A DNA stretch of 64,000 nucleotides. Origin: Mobula hypostoma (lineage: Eukaryota). Positions 36,926 through 50,561 of this stretch are shown here, piece by piece. Location of the stretch: contig NC_086097.1 of NCBI RefSeq assembly GCF_963921235.1, positions 189,226,001 to 189,290,000 on the forward strand, given 5' to 3'. Each line of letters starts with the position of its first letter. Within the stretch, counting starts at the first letter, position 1. A program made the position numbers and the translations under genes. The notes below the pieces were generated by a model that saw only the letters and a program-made list of their open reading frames with translations, was not told the origin of the DNA and did no database searches.

Positions 36926-38149
36926 ATGAGGGGAGAATTAGTTTTATGTGGTTTTAGCAAATTAAAAAAATAAATTGCCACTGCTTAGATTGAAGGCTCT
37001 TAAGATAGGCTAGGGAGAAATAACTGAATTTCTAACTATTGTGCTTTGAATATCAAAGCGAAAGAAAAATGTTGGCTTTACTTAGTAGATCTGGCAACAC
37101 TTCTGGAAAGTGAAAAAGTTTACATTTCAGGTCAGTGGGCTTTCATCAGAAAAGGAAAAGTGAGAAAACACATGTTTAAGTTGCAGAAAGCTGGAGAGGT
37201 GTAGAGAATAAAGTTGGAGAACTAAAATTAAAGAATGCTGGAAATATTCTGCTGATCAGGTAGCATAAGCGGTAGGGAAAAAAAACTGACAGTGCTCTGC
37301 ATGGATGACCTTGTGCATTTTGACGTGAACATTGGTAAAGCTGGTTTTTGGAAATAGTTGAGCCTCAGGGGCTGAAGTGTAAGGTCAGAAGGTAAGTTAC
37401 TATTCTTTTAGCTTGTTTTAAAATAGCAGAAAAGACCAAAGTCACAGAGAATAAAGCAGGAGTAGGATCTGCATTGATTTATCTTCGGGTTACAAGGCAT
37501 GAGTTGGAGGATACCTGGCTATTACTTTTTTGCTAGTGTTTAAAGCAAGAATAAAGGAGAGGGGAGTGCTGATACAGACCAGTCAGCCTAGCATTCATAA
37601 GAGTTGTAGAACACAGAAATAGGCCCTTTGATTCTCTGATGTTGAATGTTTATACTAATCTTACTTGCCTGCATGTAGCCTAACCAATTTTATTCATCTG
37701 CAAAGCTTTGACTAATCTATTAATTACTGTGAAAATGCTGGAATCCATAATAAAAGTTGTGACGGTAAGGTACCTTTTTAAAAAAAGGTATATGTTTAAT
37801 TAATTGTTTAATGCCAGAATTAATTTGATTCAGTAAATTTTGACCAAACTATTAGAAATCATTGAAGATGTATTTCATTCTTTAATTTTTGTTTTGGGTA
37901 TGGGCATTGTCAATAAGAAATATTTATTGCCCATACCTAAATTCCCTCAAGAAAGTTCAGATGAGTTGCCACCTTGAAATTAATGCAGTCTTTCTGATGC
38001 AGGTTTACCTACATTGCCATGTGGTCCCACTATTTAGACCAAGAAGCAAGATTGTCAATTATATTTCCAAATCAGTATGGCATGTAACTTGGTGGAAACC
38101 TGCAGATGGCAGTGATTTGGCAAACCTTGTCCTTCATGGTGGAGATGCT

Positions 38150-39372
38150 GTCATAGTAGCCAGAGTAAATAAGAGGGAACCAATGAATGTAGTGCATTTG
38201 GATCTTCAGTAGGCTGGTTAACAAACAGGAAACAGAGCAGGAATGAATCAATCTTATTTAGCTTAATACCTGGGTCACAGTTGTTCATGACCTATATCAA
38301 AAATTTGGCTGAGAGGTCTGACCAATTGTACTATTTCTCAAGTTTGATAATATAAAACTAAATTGGAAGGTGCAATGTTGTGGGGATACAAGGAAGTTTC
38401 CAGAGGATATATCACAGGAATTGAATGGACAACAACGTGGAAGATGAAGTACTTAGTGGAAAAATGTGAAGTTGTCAATTCTGATAGAAATGAAGGGATG
38501 CTCTGTTTTTAAATTGTGAAAGATGATAAGCACTGATGTTCAAAAGACCTGCCTGTCCTTATACAAAGGCCTTTGAAAGCTAACAAGCAGTTGTAGTATG
38601 CGTTTAGAAAGGCAGATAGTATATTGGTAATCTAAGGTTTGAATCTAAGTAAAGATGTCTTACTGCATTTAAGTAGGGCCTTGTTAAGATCACATCTGGA
38701 GTATTATGTACAATTTTGTTCTCCTTACTTAAAGGTATACCCGCTATAAGTGTGAGTACCATGAAGATTTACCATACTGGTTCCTGGATTAGCAGTTCTA
38801 TGTATAAGTAGCCTTGTGTTCTCTACAGCAGGGGTCCCCAACCTTTTTTGCACCGCGGACCGGTTTAATATTGACGATATTCTTGCGGACCGGCTGACCG
38901 GAGGGTGTTCAAGTTCAACAGTGCATGACAGGGAATGAGGAAAGGTGCAGCTGACTCGTATCGTTTCCTTGCGGCCCGGTAGCATATGCTTTGCGGCCCG
39001 GTGGTTGGGGACCACTGCTCTGGAGTTCAGAAGGATGAAAAGCAATCTCATTAAGATGCAATTAATCATGAGGGGGCTTGACAGGTTTGTTGCACAGAGG
39101 ATATTTCCCCTGGTTGAGTGTAGAAATAGAGGTCACAGGGTTAAAATAAAAAGTACCCCATTTAGGATGAAATGAGAAATCTCTCCAACCAAAGGTTGAT
39201 GAATCTTTGGAATTCTCAATTCTGAAGGACTGCAAAGATTGAAAGATTTCTGAATTTAAGGAGGAGTGCGAGCAGTGCATGAAAATAGTGCTTAGAGTAG
39301 AATATCAGACATTTCCAGTTGAATGGTGGAACAGGCTTGAGGGGCAAATGACCTTTTCATATCTTTTATGTT
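38150..39372 (+). mobile_element. Old degenerate CR1
   Basis: EPMNVVHLDLQ; LEFRRMKSNLI..RGLDR..RNRGH. Confidence 0.7.
38829..39017. mobile_element. hAT-Charlie-type MITE
   Basis: TIRs CAGGGGTCCCCAACC / GGTTGGGGACCACTG; 8-bp TSD CTCTACAG/CTCTGGAG. Confidence 0.85.
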
Positions 39373-39574
39373 CATGTGGCCAATTTAAGTCTCACTCTTG
39401 CATGGTTTACTCTGAGCAATGAGCCTATTTAAGTTTTAGAGAGAGGGCATTACTTTTCTTGCATTTCAGTTTTGTCATTTTTTACTCTTAGGGGTTAGTG
39501 CACTGCTTTACAGCAGGGGTCCCCAACCTTTTTTGCACTGTGGACTGCCGACTTGGGGGGGGGGGGTGTTCAAG

Positions 39575-40288
39575 TAGGGATAAACTCACCTCAACATGTC
39601 TTTTACAGTTAGGGTTGCCAACTTTCTCACTCCCAAATAACGGACAAAAGTAGCAGTCAAATCCCGGAAACTTGAGGAATTCTGCAGATGCTGGAAATTT
39701 AAGCAACACACATCAAAGCTGCTGGTGAATGCAGCAGGCCAGGCAGCATCTTTAGGAAGAGGTACAGTCGACGTTTCCCTGAAACGTCGACTGTACCTCT
39801 TCCTAGAGATGCTGCCTGGCCTGCTGCGTTCACCAGCAACTTTGATGTCAATTCCCGGGACACTTTACCTCAGGAAAGACTACCATGACCATGAAGCCTT
39901 GTGCAGGCACTTGTGTGCACATGTGCGTTCGTGCCGATTTTTCTCCCCACAAATCGGTTTTGCTGTCATCTTCCCAACTATACTGTACATACGTTATTTC
40001 TTCTTTATATAGGCTGTGTATTTATCATATCATTCCTGTTTTATGTTAGTGTTATTTATTTTCAGTTTTATGTGTTATTTGGTATGATTTGTTAGGTTAT
40101 TTTTTGGGTCTGGGAACGCTCAAAAATTTCTCCCATATAAATGAATGGTAATTGCTTCTTCATTTCACGCCATTTTGGCATGAAAGGTTTCATAGGAACG
40201 CTCTACCTTAGCGTGGGAAATACGGGACAAACCAATTTAGCCCAATATTCGGGATGTCCCAGCAAATACGGGACAGTTGGCAACCCTA
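39575..40288. mobile_element. Second hAT-type MITE (TAGGG...CCCTA termini)
   Basis: TSD TGTTCAAG at 39567-39574 and 40289-40296; TAGGGTTGCCAAC (39610) / GTTGGCAACCCTA inverted repeat. Confidence 0.85.
39674..39848. repeat. Penelope-derived hairpin
   Basis: Same arms as 3864-4057, centre deleted. Confidence 0.85.
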
Positions 40289-41936
40289 TGTTCAAGTTCA
40301 ACAGTGCGTGACAGGGAATGAGGAAAGATGCAGCTGACTGATATCGTTCCCTTGCGGCCTGGTAGCGCATGCTTTGCAGCTTGGTACCGGTCCGCGGCTG
40401 GTGGTTGGGGACCGCTGCTTTACAGTGCTTGCTGTAAGATTGGAGATCGATTTCTGATGCAATCTGAAAGGAATTTTCACATTTTCCCTGAGGCTGTGTG
40501 GCTTTCCTCCAGGTGCTCCAGTTTCCTCCCACAGTCCAAAGACGTTAGGGTTAGTGAGTTGTGGGTGTGCCCGACGCCGGCCCCCTAGGCCTGAGTCAAT
40601 GTAGTAGTAGTAGTTGGTGCTGGAAATATGGTAACATTTGTGGGCTGCTCAACACAATCCTCGCTAATTTGATCTGACACAAACAACACATTTCACTGTG
40701 TTTCAATATATAGGTGACAAATAAAACCCGAAACGTCGACTGTACCTCTTCCTAGAGATGCTGCCTGGCCTGCTGTGTTCACCAGCAACTTTGATGTGTG
40801 TTGCTTGAATTTCCAGCATCTGCAGAATTCCTTGTGTTTCCATTTTTCATCTTTATTATTTACATGGCTGATTGTGAACCATTCCTTCCAATATAACACT
40901 GGTTTAAAAAGTTTAGTACTTGATTATAAGAGAGAATATCAGGAATGGCAGTGTGGTGTATTTAGTACAGCTGAACCTCACAAATTGAATGAGTTCTGTG
41001 TTTCTCAGCCTTTTCTGCAATTTTGAAGATTGTGGTTTGTGGTATTATTCTGGTGGCTGGCTGGCTGGCTAGTCCATTAAGAAATTACAGTTGTAGCAAG
41101 CAGTTTCCATGTTTCTATTTAGTTTTGGCTGACTACTTAGTTTGTCATTTTGTAAGTGCTCTAAGTGAGCCTAGATGAAATTTGCCAATGATAAGTAACA
41201 CTTATTTTTAATCAAAGTGTTGAAGAGTTGATGGTAAGGAATGGAACAATAAGTGGGGTTGTTTCAGTTACTGCCTTATTAAGATATTAAGAAATATCTT
41301 TCACTGCATGTGAAAGAATAGCAGGATGTATTTTCAATATATCTTATGTTAATTATTTTGATGAATCCATTTCATGAGTCCTGATAAAGGGAATTGGCCC
41401 AAAACATCGACTACTCTTTTCCATAGATGCTGCCTGGCCTGCTGAGTTCCTCCAGCATCTTGTGTATGTTGCTCGGATTTCTAGCATCTGCAAATTTTCT
41501 CTTGTTTGTGATTGGACCACTTCATGAGTAATTCTTTAGCAGGTACTGATCTATATCAGGAAGAGGAGATCATCTGTCTAGTTTTTGAATACATTTTTCT
41601 TTGATTGTATTATTGAATGATTTACTCTAGGAATTTTTTTGGTATAGCAGATAGTTTTAGATTGTAAAGTGTTGATATTTGACGTAGAGTAAGCATGCTA
41701 GATACTAAAATACAAACTAAACTTCATAACCTGGGAAGTTTTTGGAATTTTAGAATTTTTAAGGAGATTTTCTTTCAGTAGGTTGACATCTGTAGTTAAT
41801 TTCTTGCTCGTGTTTGAGTACTATCTATACTGATCGGATAAATATCTCTGGACTTGCCAAGTTGGTTTGATCTAATTTTGGAGGGTTTAGTCATCTGGCA
41901 TTTACTGCAGTCTATACAGTTACTCTGTTTACTTAA

Positions 41937-44530
41937 AACCATAAAACAAAGGAGCAGAAGTCGGCCATTTGGCCCATCGAGTCTGCTCCGCCATTTTATC
42001 ATGAGCTGATCCATTCTCCCATTTAGTCCCACTCCCCCGCCTTCTCACCATAACCTTTGATGCGATGCCTGGCTACTCAGATACCTATCAATCTCTGCCC
42101 TAAATACACCCAATGACTTGGCCTCCACTGCCGCCCGTGGCAACAAATCCCATAGATTCACCACCCTCTGACTAAAAAAATTTCTTTGCATTTCTGTTCT
42201 GAATGGGCGCCTTTCAATCCTTAAGTCATGCCCTCTCATACTAGACTCCCCCATCATGGGAAACAACTTTGCTACATCCACTCTGTCCATGCCTTTCAAT
42301 ATTTGAAATGTTTCTATGAGGTCTCCCCTCATTCTTCTAAACTCCAAGGAATACAGTCCAAGAGCGGACAAACGTTCCTCATATGTTAACCCTCATTCCC
42401 GGAATCATTCTAGTGAATCTTCTCTGTAGCCTCTCCAACGTCAGCACATCCTTTCTAAAATAAGGAGACTAAAACTGCCCACAGTACTCCAAGTGAGGTC
42501 TCACCAGCGCCTTATAGAGCCTCAACATCACATCCCTGCTCCTATACTCTATTCCTCTAGAAATGAATGCTAACATTGCATTCGCCTTCTTGACCACCGA
42601 CTCAACCTGGAGGTTAACCTTCAGGGTATCCTGTACGAGGACTCCCAAGTCCCGTTGTATCTCAGAACTTTGAATTCTCTCCCCATTTAAATAATAGTCT
42701 GCCCGTTTATTTCTTCTGCCAAAGTGCATAACCATACACTTTCCAACATTGTACTTCATTTGCCACTTCTCTGCCCATTCTTCCAATCTATTCAAGTCTC
42801 TCTGCAGACTCTCCGTTTCCTCAGCACTACCGGCCCCTCCACCTATCTTCGTATTGTCATCAAACTTAGCCACAAAGCCATCTATTCCATAATCCAAATC
42901 ATTGATGTACAATGTTAAAAGAAGCGGCCCCAACACGGACCCCTGTGGAACACCACTGGTAACCAGCAGCCAGCCAGAATACCCTTTATTCCCACTCTCT
43001 GTTTCCTGCCAATCAGCCAACGCTCTATCCACGTACGTAGCTTTCCCGTAATTCCATGGGCTCTTATCTTGTTAAGTAGACTCATGTGTAGCACCTTATC
43101 AAAGGCCTTCTGAAAATCCAAATATACAACATCCACTGCATCTCCCTTGTCTAGCCTACTTGTAATTTCCTCAAAAAATTGTAATAGGTTTGTCAGGCAA
43201 GATTTTCCTTTAAGGAATCCATGCTGAGTTCTGCCTATCTTGTCATATGCCTCCAGGTACTCTGTAACCTCATCCTTGACAATCGACTCCAACAACTTCC
43301 TAACCACCGACGTCAAGCTAACAGATCTATAATTTTGCTTCCTTGCCCCCTTCTTAAATAGCGGAGTGACATTTGCAATCTTCCAATCCTCCGGAACCAT
43401 GCCAGAATCTATTGACTTTTGAAAGATCATTGCTAATGCCTCCGCAATCTCCACAGCTACTTCCATCTGGTCCGGGAGATTTATCTACCTTTAGACTAAT
43501 TCAGCTTCCTGAGTACTTTCTCTGTCGTAATTCGTAATTGTGACTGCGCACACTTCTCTTCCCTGCCACCCTTGAGTGTCCGGTATACTGCTGATGTCTT
43601 CCTCGGTGAAGACTGATAACAAAATACTCGTTCAATTCCTCTGCCATTTCCTTATCTCCCATTACAATTTCTCCAGCATCATTTTCTATTGGTCCTATAT
43701 CTACTCTCACCTGTCTTTTACTCTTTATATACTTGAAAAAGCTTTTAGTATCCTCTTTGATATTATTTGCTAACTTCCTTTCATAGTTAATCTTCTCCCT
43801 CTTAATGACCTTCTTAGTTTCCTTTTGTAAGCTTTCAAAAACTTTCCAATCCTCTGTCTTCCCACTAATTTTTGCTTCCTTGTATGTCCTCTTCTTTGCT
43901 TTAACTTTGGCTTTGACTTCTCTTGTCAGCCACAGTTGCATCCTTTTTCCATTTGAAAATTTCTTCTTTTTTGGAATATACCTGTCTTGCACCTTCCTCA
44001 CTTCTCGCATAAACTCCAGCCACTGCTGCTCTGCCGTCCTTCCCGCCAGTGTCCCTTTCCAGTCAACTTTGGCCAGTTCCTCTCTCATGCCACTATAATT
44101 TCCTTTACTCCACTGAAATACTGACACATCAGATTTTGGCTTCTCTTTTTCAAATTTCACAGTGAACTCAATCATGTTATGATCACTGCCTGCTAAGTGT
44201 TCCTTCACCTCAATCTCTCTAATCACCCCTGGTTCATTACACAATACCCAATCCAGTACAGCCGATCCCCTAGTGGGCTCAGCAACAAGCTGTTCTAAAA
44301 AGCCATCTTGCAGACATTCTACAAATTCTCTCTCTTGAGATCTAGTGCCAGCGTGATTTTCCCAATCCACTCGCATGTTAAAATCCCCCACAATTATCAT
44401 AATACTGCCCTTCTGACAAGCCTTTTCTATTTCCTGTTGTAATTTGTAGTCCACATCACTACAGCTGTTTAGAGGCCTATAAATAACTGCCATCAGGGTC
44501 CTTTTACCCCTGCGATTTCTTAGCATTGTA
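41937..44530 (-). mobile_element. CR1 (family B), endonuclease to tail, frameshifted
   Basis: ORFs 43501-44634, 42915-43466, 42469-43032, 42045-42371 ([29 protein letters not shown]). Confidence 0.95.
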
Positions 44531-45668
44531 ACCAGTTTCCATAGAGTTATAGAGCACTGTAGCACAGAAACAGGCCCATCAGACAATCTAGTCCATGGTG
44601 AACAATTATTCTGCCTAGTCCCACCGACCAGCACTCCAATCCCGTCCCATTCATGTACTTATATAAACCACTCTTAAGTGTTGAAATCAAACCCACATCC
44701 ACCAGCTCATTTCACACTAAGTGAAGAAGTTCCCCCTCATGTTCCCTTTAAGCATTTCACCTTTAACCTATGACCTCTCATGGAAACCAACCTCAGTGGA
44801 AAAAGGCTGCTATCATTTACCCAATCTATATTCTATATCATTCTACACTCTCGGAAGTAAAGTCCTAACCTATATTCAACCTTTCCCTATAACTCAGGTC
44901 CTCTGGTCCGAGCAACATCCTTGTAATTGACACCGTTAATTGGAGCAAACAGTGTACAGATGATTAGTGCCTATCTTTGAAAAACTGAGCACTGTCATTG
45001 TAACAATATTTAAAATGCAATAGTTGGTATCTGCTGTGAAATTCTATAAATCCATAATGAACACACCGTTGTGTAGGCTACATGTTGGCTGAGATTGGTA
45101 CCGAAATCAAAGACAGCATTGTTTTTTTCCAGGCTATATGTCAAAACTTGCCTTTAAAGCCAGAGCTATGTTAGTAATTAGCTGCCATTACAAAGAAGAT
45201 GTGGAACCCACAAGATATTAAAACCAAAATTTCAAAGGGCAAATGAGGTACAATAGGCAAGCTTTGTGGGGTAATTAGAAGTTTGTTCCAGCTTAACTTT
45301 GAAGGTATGGTCATATGAAACTGTAGTGATGTATTATACCTGACTTCAGTTCTTGTCATTGGAGATGTACAGAACTGAAAAGAATACTCATCTCCCACAT
45401 TGCCAGCTGGAGTTTCTCAGGCATTTCAGGAATCTTGGCAGCTTTAGCTAGATATAATGCTCCTAAGGATTTTTTTAAAGTTGGTGTTTCAATTAACAGG
45501 GGAGTTAACTGCCTTGTTTTTTAATAATCAGCATTGTTCACACCTGAGTATCTCCACAGTTATATTTTCTGAATTTAGTACATGCATCTCCTTGTGAAAA
45601 TGCTAGTATTGTAATATTAATGCTGCACTGTCTAAACAGAATTTAAAATGCTCATCTTTTCTGAACAG

Positions 45669-45779
45669 ATCAACATTATGAATAGTGAAAAAGTTTCTAA
45701 AGTCAATAAAGCATTTGCTGAAGTACAAAAAGAGATCAAGAACTTATCCAAAGACACAACTGCAAAGAAACCACTGCAG
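45669..45779 (+). CDS. RBIS: RBIS second coding exon
   Basis: INIMNSEKVSKVNKAFAEVQKEIKNLSKDTTAKKPLQ resembles human INIMNEEKVNRVNKAFVNVQKEL..EPLQ; CAG| acceptor, CAG|GTAATA donor, phase 0. Confidence 0.93.
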
Positions 45780-46503
45780 GTAATAATTTGTAAATGGCTT
45801 GGCAATTTAAAAAAAAACTCTTAGTTTAGAGTCTAGATGAGGTCATAGGTCATTTTAACATGCTTTTCTGATCTTCTTTGCTAATATTTTTAATAGTTTA
45901 ACTCTTTCCTGATATGATGAAGTTTTAATCCCTGCACAGTAAGCAAAATACATTTATTTGAAATTTTCATTTCTACTTCTTATACACCTACAATTCTGGT
46001 AAAGTACCATATCAACTTGTGCTTTAGAAGTGTACAAATACACACTATTAGTGGCTTCTTTACTTTCCATATCTTCTGAAAACATTGACTTATTGCTAGG
46101 ATAAAGTTCAGTGGGTACCGGCTGCTCTCTCTAATATATTTGACCATGATCTTACTTTGTGTTGGAACAGACTCAATATGTTAAATAGCCTACCATGATA
46201 TTCCTGAAGGGTTCACTGGAGAGCAAAAATCTTCCTTGACATGCTTCTTGAGACTGTTGGGCCTCTGATATTGAGGTTGTTTAATTACAGGCACTTTGGG
46301 CTTTGATGTTCCATATATTTATCTATTCACTTCATACATGTTTGGTAGACAAAGCAACAGAAGGGAATATTGTATCTACCCTGTGAAGATCAACTTGAAT
46401 TGATCTTTTAAAGTTTTAAACTGCAAACAAATCGGGATTGTAACAAAGTTCTACATACAAAGTTGAACATTGAAAACTACTCTAATTTTTGTTCTTGCTG
46501 CAG

Positions 46504-46572
46504 ATTTCAAGACCTCCTACGGCTGAGCTGCTGAACGTGGAAGCTACAACTCAGTTGTTTTCACAGTTATGA
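46504..46572 (+). CDS. RBIS: RBIS last coding exon
   Basis: ISRPPTAELLNVEATTQLFSQL* resembles human ..VNVDEATRLMALL*; polypyrimidine tract plus TGCAG acceptor; phase 0; total 97 aa. Confidence 0.85.
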   Translation: MSRPPTAELLNVEATTQLFSQL

Positions 46573-46904
46573 AATTCAAAAATTGCTTTCAGTGGACGTT
46601 AACCTAAGTAGTGTACAGCACACACGAGTACAAAAGGATTTTAATGTTTTAAATTTCAAGCATCTACAGTTAGTTTTCTTTGGTATACAAATCAACTGGA
46701 GAATCTAATCAGCTGTACCAGAGGAAATGAACCAAATGCATTTGCCTTCAACAAGTTCAATTTCAAGATTTGATAATTTGCTTTTGACAGAAGTATGTAT
46801 TTAGACAATCAGTTCAGAAGATTACATTTGATAAATGCTGCATGTTGTATATTTTTGTATTGTGTTGGAGAAAATAGGGTAAATTTGGAATGGTATTTTT
46901 GAGC

Positions 46905-46910
46905 AATAAA
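46905..46910 (+). terminator. RBIS: Probable RBIS polyadenylation signal
   Basis: AATAAA about 330 nt after the stop, followed by GT/T-rich sequence. Confidence 0.6.
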
Positions 46911-48699
46911 TGTACTTGTTTCTATAGTGTCAGTCATGCTGCAGTCCTCTTGTTTTCAGCACCTATTTTATATTAATAAGACATTAGGCTGAATGTGTTT
47001 AGTAAATTCCTTTAGTCAATCTCAAAGTTTGAACAACAAAGACCATTTAAAGAAAGTGCAGTCCATCAGCAGCAATAGACACAATCAGAAGCAAAAGGAA
47101 TTTTTGTTTGGAAATGGCAGTGTGAAGAGAATTTTTCCCCATATTTCTTGAATGAGATAACTCAAAGGAGGGGTTTATTATGACTGTGAATTTCTTTTCC
47201 AATTTGACAATATCCCCACATTTGTAGAGCAAATACTAACTGCTGGATGTACGTAGCTTCAAGAATTTTTTTGGGGTGATTGCAAGTAGTTTTGAAAGAA
47301 GCTGTCAGAGGTCTTTGTGGTTTGTTGGTACTGCTGGAATTATCAATAACTGTTAAAGATCATACACATAGTGGCAACTTTACGACTGTCTACATGAGTT
47401 GCTGCCACACGATTGGCCAATTAGATATTTGCTTAATGAGCAGGTGTACCTAATAAAGTGGCCATTGAATATAAATATATACTTTAACATTTATGATGTA
47501 TGAGTAACTTTAATATTTCCAGAAATGCAAATTGTTACTTTAGTTAAATAAAAACAAGCTGCTGGAGGAACTCATCAGATTATGAAGCATCCGTGGAGGG
47601 AGGTGGACAGTTATTATTTTGGGTTGAGACCCATTATTTGGACTGGATGAGAGAACCATTTACTGGCACCCGTTCTATCCTTCATTTTTTTTTTTACAAT
47701 TGTCAGAAATTATCAATTCCAAGGCATTGCTAATTTGACATACAAAATTTTGTTCAGACTGACGGAAAATACCAACTTTGTTTTTTAAAGCATCAGTCCA
47801 AATTCTGGAACTATTTAACCAATAGCACCATGCTTGATACACCAAATGTACTGCAAAGGTTCAAGGTCTACAACCAAGTACTGCTGGTTGATACATTCAG
47901 ACCTTGTTGCTGAGGCCCACATCCTGCAAATGGTAAGTAAATCCAAGCATTTCACATATTCAAGAAACATGTGAATAAGGCTGATTTCTGTTAATCTTTG
48001 AATTAATGTAGATTAATATATTAATTTTTTTTTCAGTATTTAATAATTGACATCAACAGCAAATTTTTGTATTTTCTAGCTTTTGACACATTATAAGATG
48101 TTTATGAATAAAATGAGAAAAATTTAAAGATTTATGATCCTATTATTATTTTTCAAGTTGAAGTTTTTATATTGACTTGTTATTTATTGTAGAATAATGA
48201 GATAAAGTACAACTACTTCAGACAACTGAAGAGGAATTTCTTTAGTCAGTGTGATGAATCTGGAATTGTGGACTGTGGAAGCCAAGTCCTTGTGTCTTTA
48301 AGACATAATTTAATAGGTTCTTGACTGGTAAGGGGGTTAATAGTTATGGAGAGAAGGTGAAATAATGGAGCTAAAAAAAATCAACCATGAGCAGACTTGA
48401 TGGGCCGAACGGACAAAGTTTGTTATAGTACTATGATTTAACTGGCTGTTGAGGATAGTTTTTGCAAGATGTTAAATACTACCAAAGCAGCACTGCAGTG
48501 CTCTTGAATTTTAAAAAAAAATTGTTTGAAGCTGCTTCTGTTTTGGTCGTGATGATGACATATCTGATAAAAGTTAAAACATCAACAGTATCCGAAAAAA
48601 AGTTTACCAGATGCAGGTTAGAATTATATTACCTTAGTAATACTTGGGTAGAGGTCATGGCCTCATGTTTACCTCCAGTATTTGCTAATAAATCAAGTC

Positions 48700-48950
48700 T
48701 GACATGGTAGCGTGGAGAGCAGAGCTGCTGCTTGCATTGTAGAGACCAGGGTTCAATCCTGACTCTGGGTGCTGTTTGTATGGAGTTTATATCCTCCCTG
48801 TGATTGCATTAATTTCCTTTGGGTGTCCAAGTTTCTTCCCACATTGCAAAGGTATCTGGGTTGGTAGGTTAATTGATCAGTGTAATTGCTCCTAGTGCAT
48901 GGATGTGAATTGTAGAATCTAGGGGACAGTTGTTGAGAATGTGGAGAGTA
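48700..48950 (+). mobile_element. Degenerate V-SINE-like element
   Basis: B box GGTTCAATCC and core GGGTGTCCAAGTTTCTTCCCACATTGCAAA. Confidence 0.65.
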
Positions 48951-49064
48951 AAATAACACTATAGAGGTGAAATTCACAGTCAGGGTTATTTAATAACTTA
49001 CAAGGTAGGGAGGAAACACAAAGACATCTTGACTAACTTGTGTAACACACACAAAACTGGTAGG

Positions 49065-49335
49065 CCCCATTAAAGATGGTGGAGGGTGCAGAGAATGATG
49101 TGCTGGATGTGGAGTCTCGTGGGTGGTACGTAAGGACAAGACGAACTCTTCCTTTTAGGTGGTGACAAAGATGGGGTGAGGGTGAATGTCTGAAATGGAA
49201 GGGAAACTCTTTTTTGAGGGAGGAGGACATCTCCGATGTTCTGGAATGGAAAACTTCATCCTGAGAACAGATGCAGTGGTAGACAGGAACTGAGAAAAGG
49301 GAATGGCATTTTTACAAGCAACAGGGTGTGAAGTA
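49065..49335 (-). mobile_element. Penelope-like element coding fragment
   Basis: RVRLVLTYHP motif typical of the Penelope RT/GIY-YIG linker. Confidence 0.55.
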
Positions 49336-49369
49336 AGTATAGTTAAGATAACTCAGAGTCAGTACATTT

Positions 49370-50465
49370 ATAGAGTCGTAGAGCACTACAGCACGGAAAC
49401 GGGCCTTTTGGTCTATACTAAATTATTAATCTGCCTAGTCCCATCAATTTACACCCAGACAATAGACCTCCATACCCTTCCTATTCATGTACCTAATCCA
49501 AATTTCTCTTAAATGTTGAAATTGAACCCGGATCCACCACTTACACGAGCTGCTTATTCCACACTCTCCTCATGTTCCCTTAAACATTTCACCTTTCATC
49601 CTTAACCCATTTTTTAGTTCTAGTCTCACCAAACCAAAGTAGAAAAAGCCTGCTTACATTTATCTTTGCCCCTCATAATTTTGTTTACCTCTATAAAATC
49701 TCTCCTCATTCTTATTCATGTTAGGGAATGAAGCCCTAACCTATTCAAGCTTTCCCTATAACTCAGGTTCTCAAGTCCTGGCAACATCCTTGTAAATTTT
49801 ATCTGTACTCTTTCAATCTTATTTACATTCTTCCTGTAGGTAGGTGACCAAAACTGCACACAATGTCTTATACAACCTCAACATAACAATCCAACTCCTG
49901 TACTCAGCATTTTGATTTATAAAGGCCAATGTGTCCTAAGCTTTCTTTACGATCCTATCTACCTGTGATACCATTTTCAAGGAATTATGGATCTATATTT
50001 CCAGATCCTTCTGTTCTAACACTCTTCTTGGTGCCCTACTGTTCACTATAAAACCTACCCTGGTTTGTCCTCCAAAGGTACTGCGTTAAATTCCATCTGC
50101 CATTTCTCAGCCCATTTTTCCAGCTGGTCCAGATCCTGCTCAAGTTTTGAGAGTATTCCACACCCCCAATCTTGGTGTAATCTGCAAATTTGCTGATCCA
50201 TTTAACAGATTATCATCCTGATCTTTGATTTAGATGACAAACAACAATAGGCCCAGCACTGATCCCAGTGCCACAGGCCTCCAGTCAGAGACAGAACCAC
50301 CTACTACCACTCCCTACAAAGCCAATGTCTAATCCAATTTTCTACCGCATGTTGAATGCCAAGTAACTGAACCTTCTTGGCCAACTTCCCATGCGGGACC
50401 TTGTCAAAAGCCTTGCTTAAGTCCATACAGATAACATTCACTGACTTGGCTTCATCAATCTTTCT
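49370..50465 (-). mobile_element. Degenerate CR1 3' part
   Basis: [22 protein letters not shown]1 3'UTR at the left end. Confidence 0.8.
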
Positions 50466-50561
50466 GGTGTCTAGAAAGATGTGAGAAGGTTTTAAGGCGT
50501 TGCTGATGGGGGATAGAAGAGTACAGGGAGTGGACTGATGAAGTTTTAAAGGTATTGGTGA

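Larger units (their letters stand above)
39514..40417. mobile_element. hAT-Charlie-type MITE (same family as 38829-39017) with nested insertions
   Basis: Same TIRs; perfect TSD CTTTACAG at 39506-39513 and 40418-40425. Confidence 0.9.
39489..40725 (+). mobile_element. V-SINE-like element interrupted by nested MITEs
   Basis: Head GGGGTTAGTGCACTG resumes after 40425; core TCCTCCAGGTGCTCCAGTTTCCTCCCACAGTCCAAAGAC at about 40505-40545. Confidence 0.7.
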
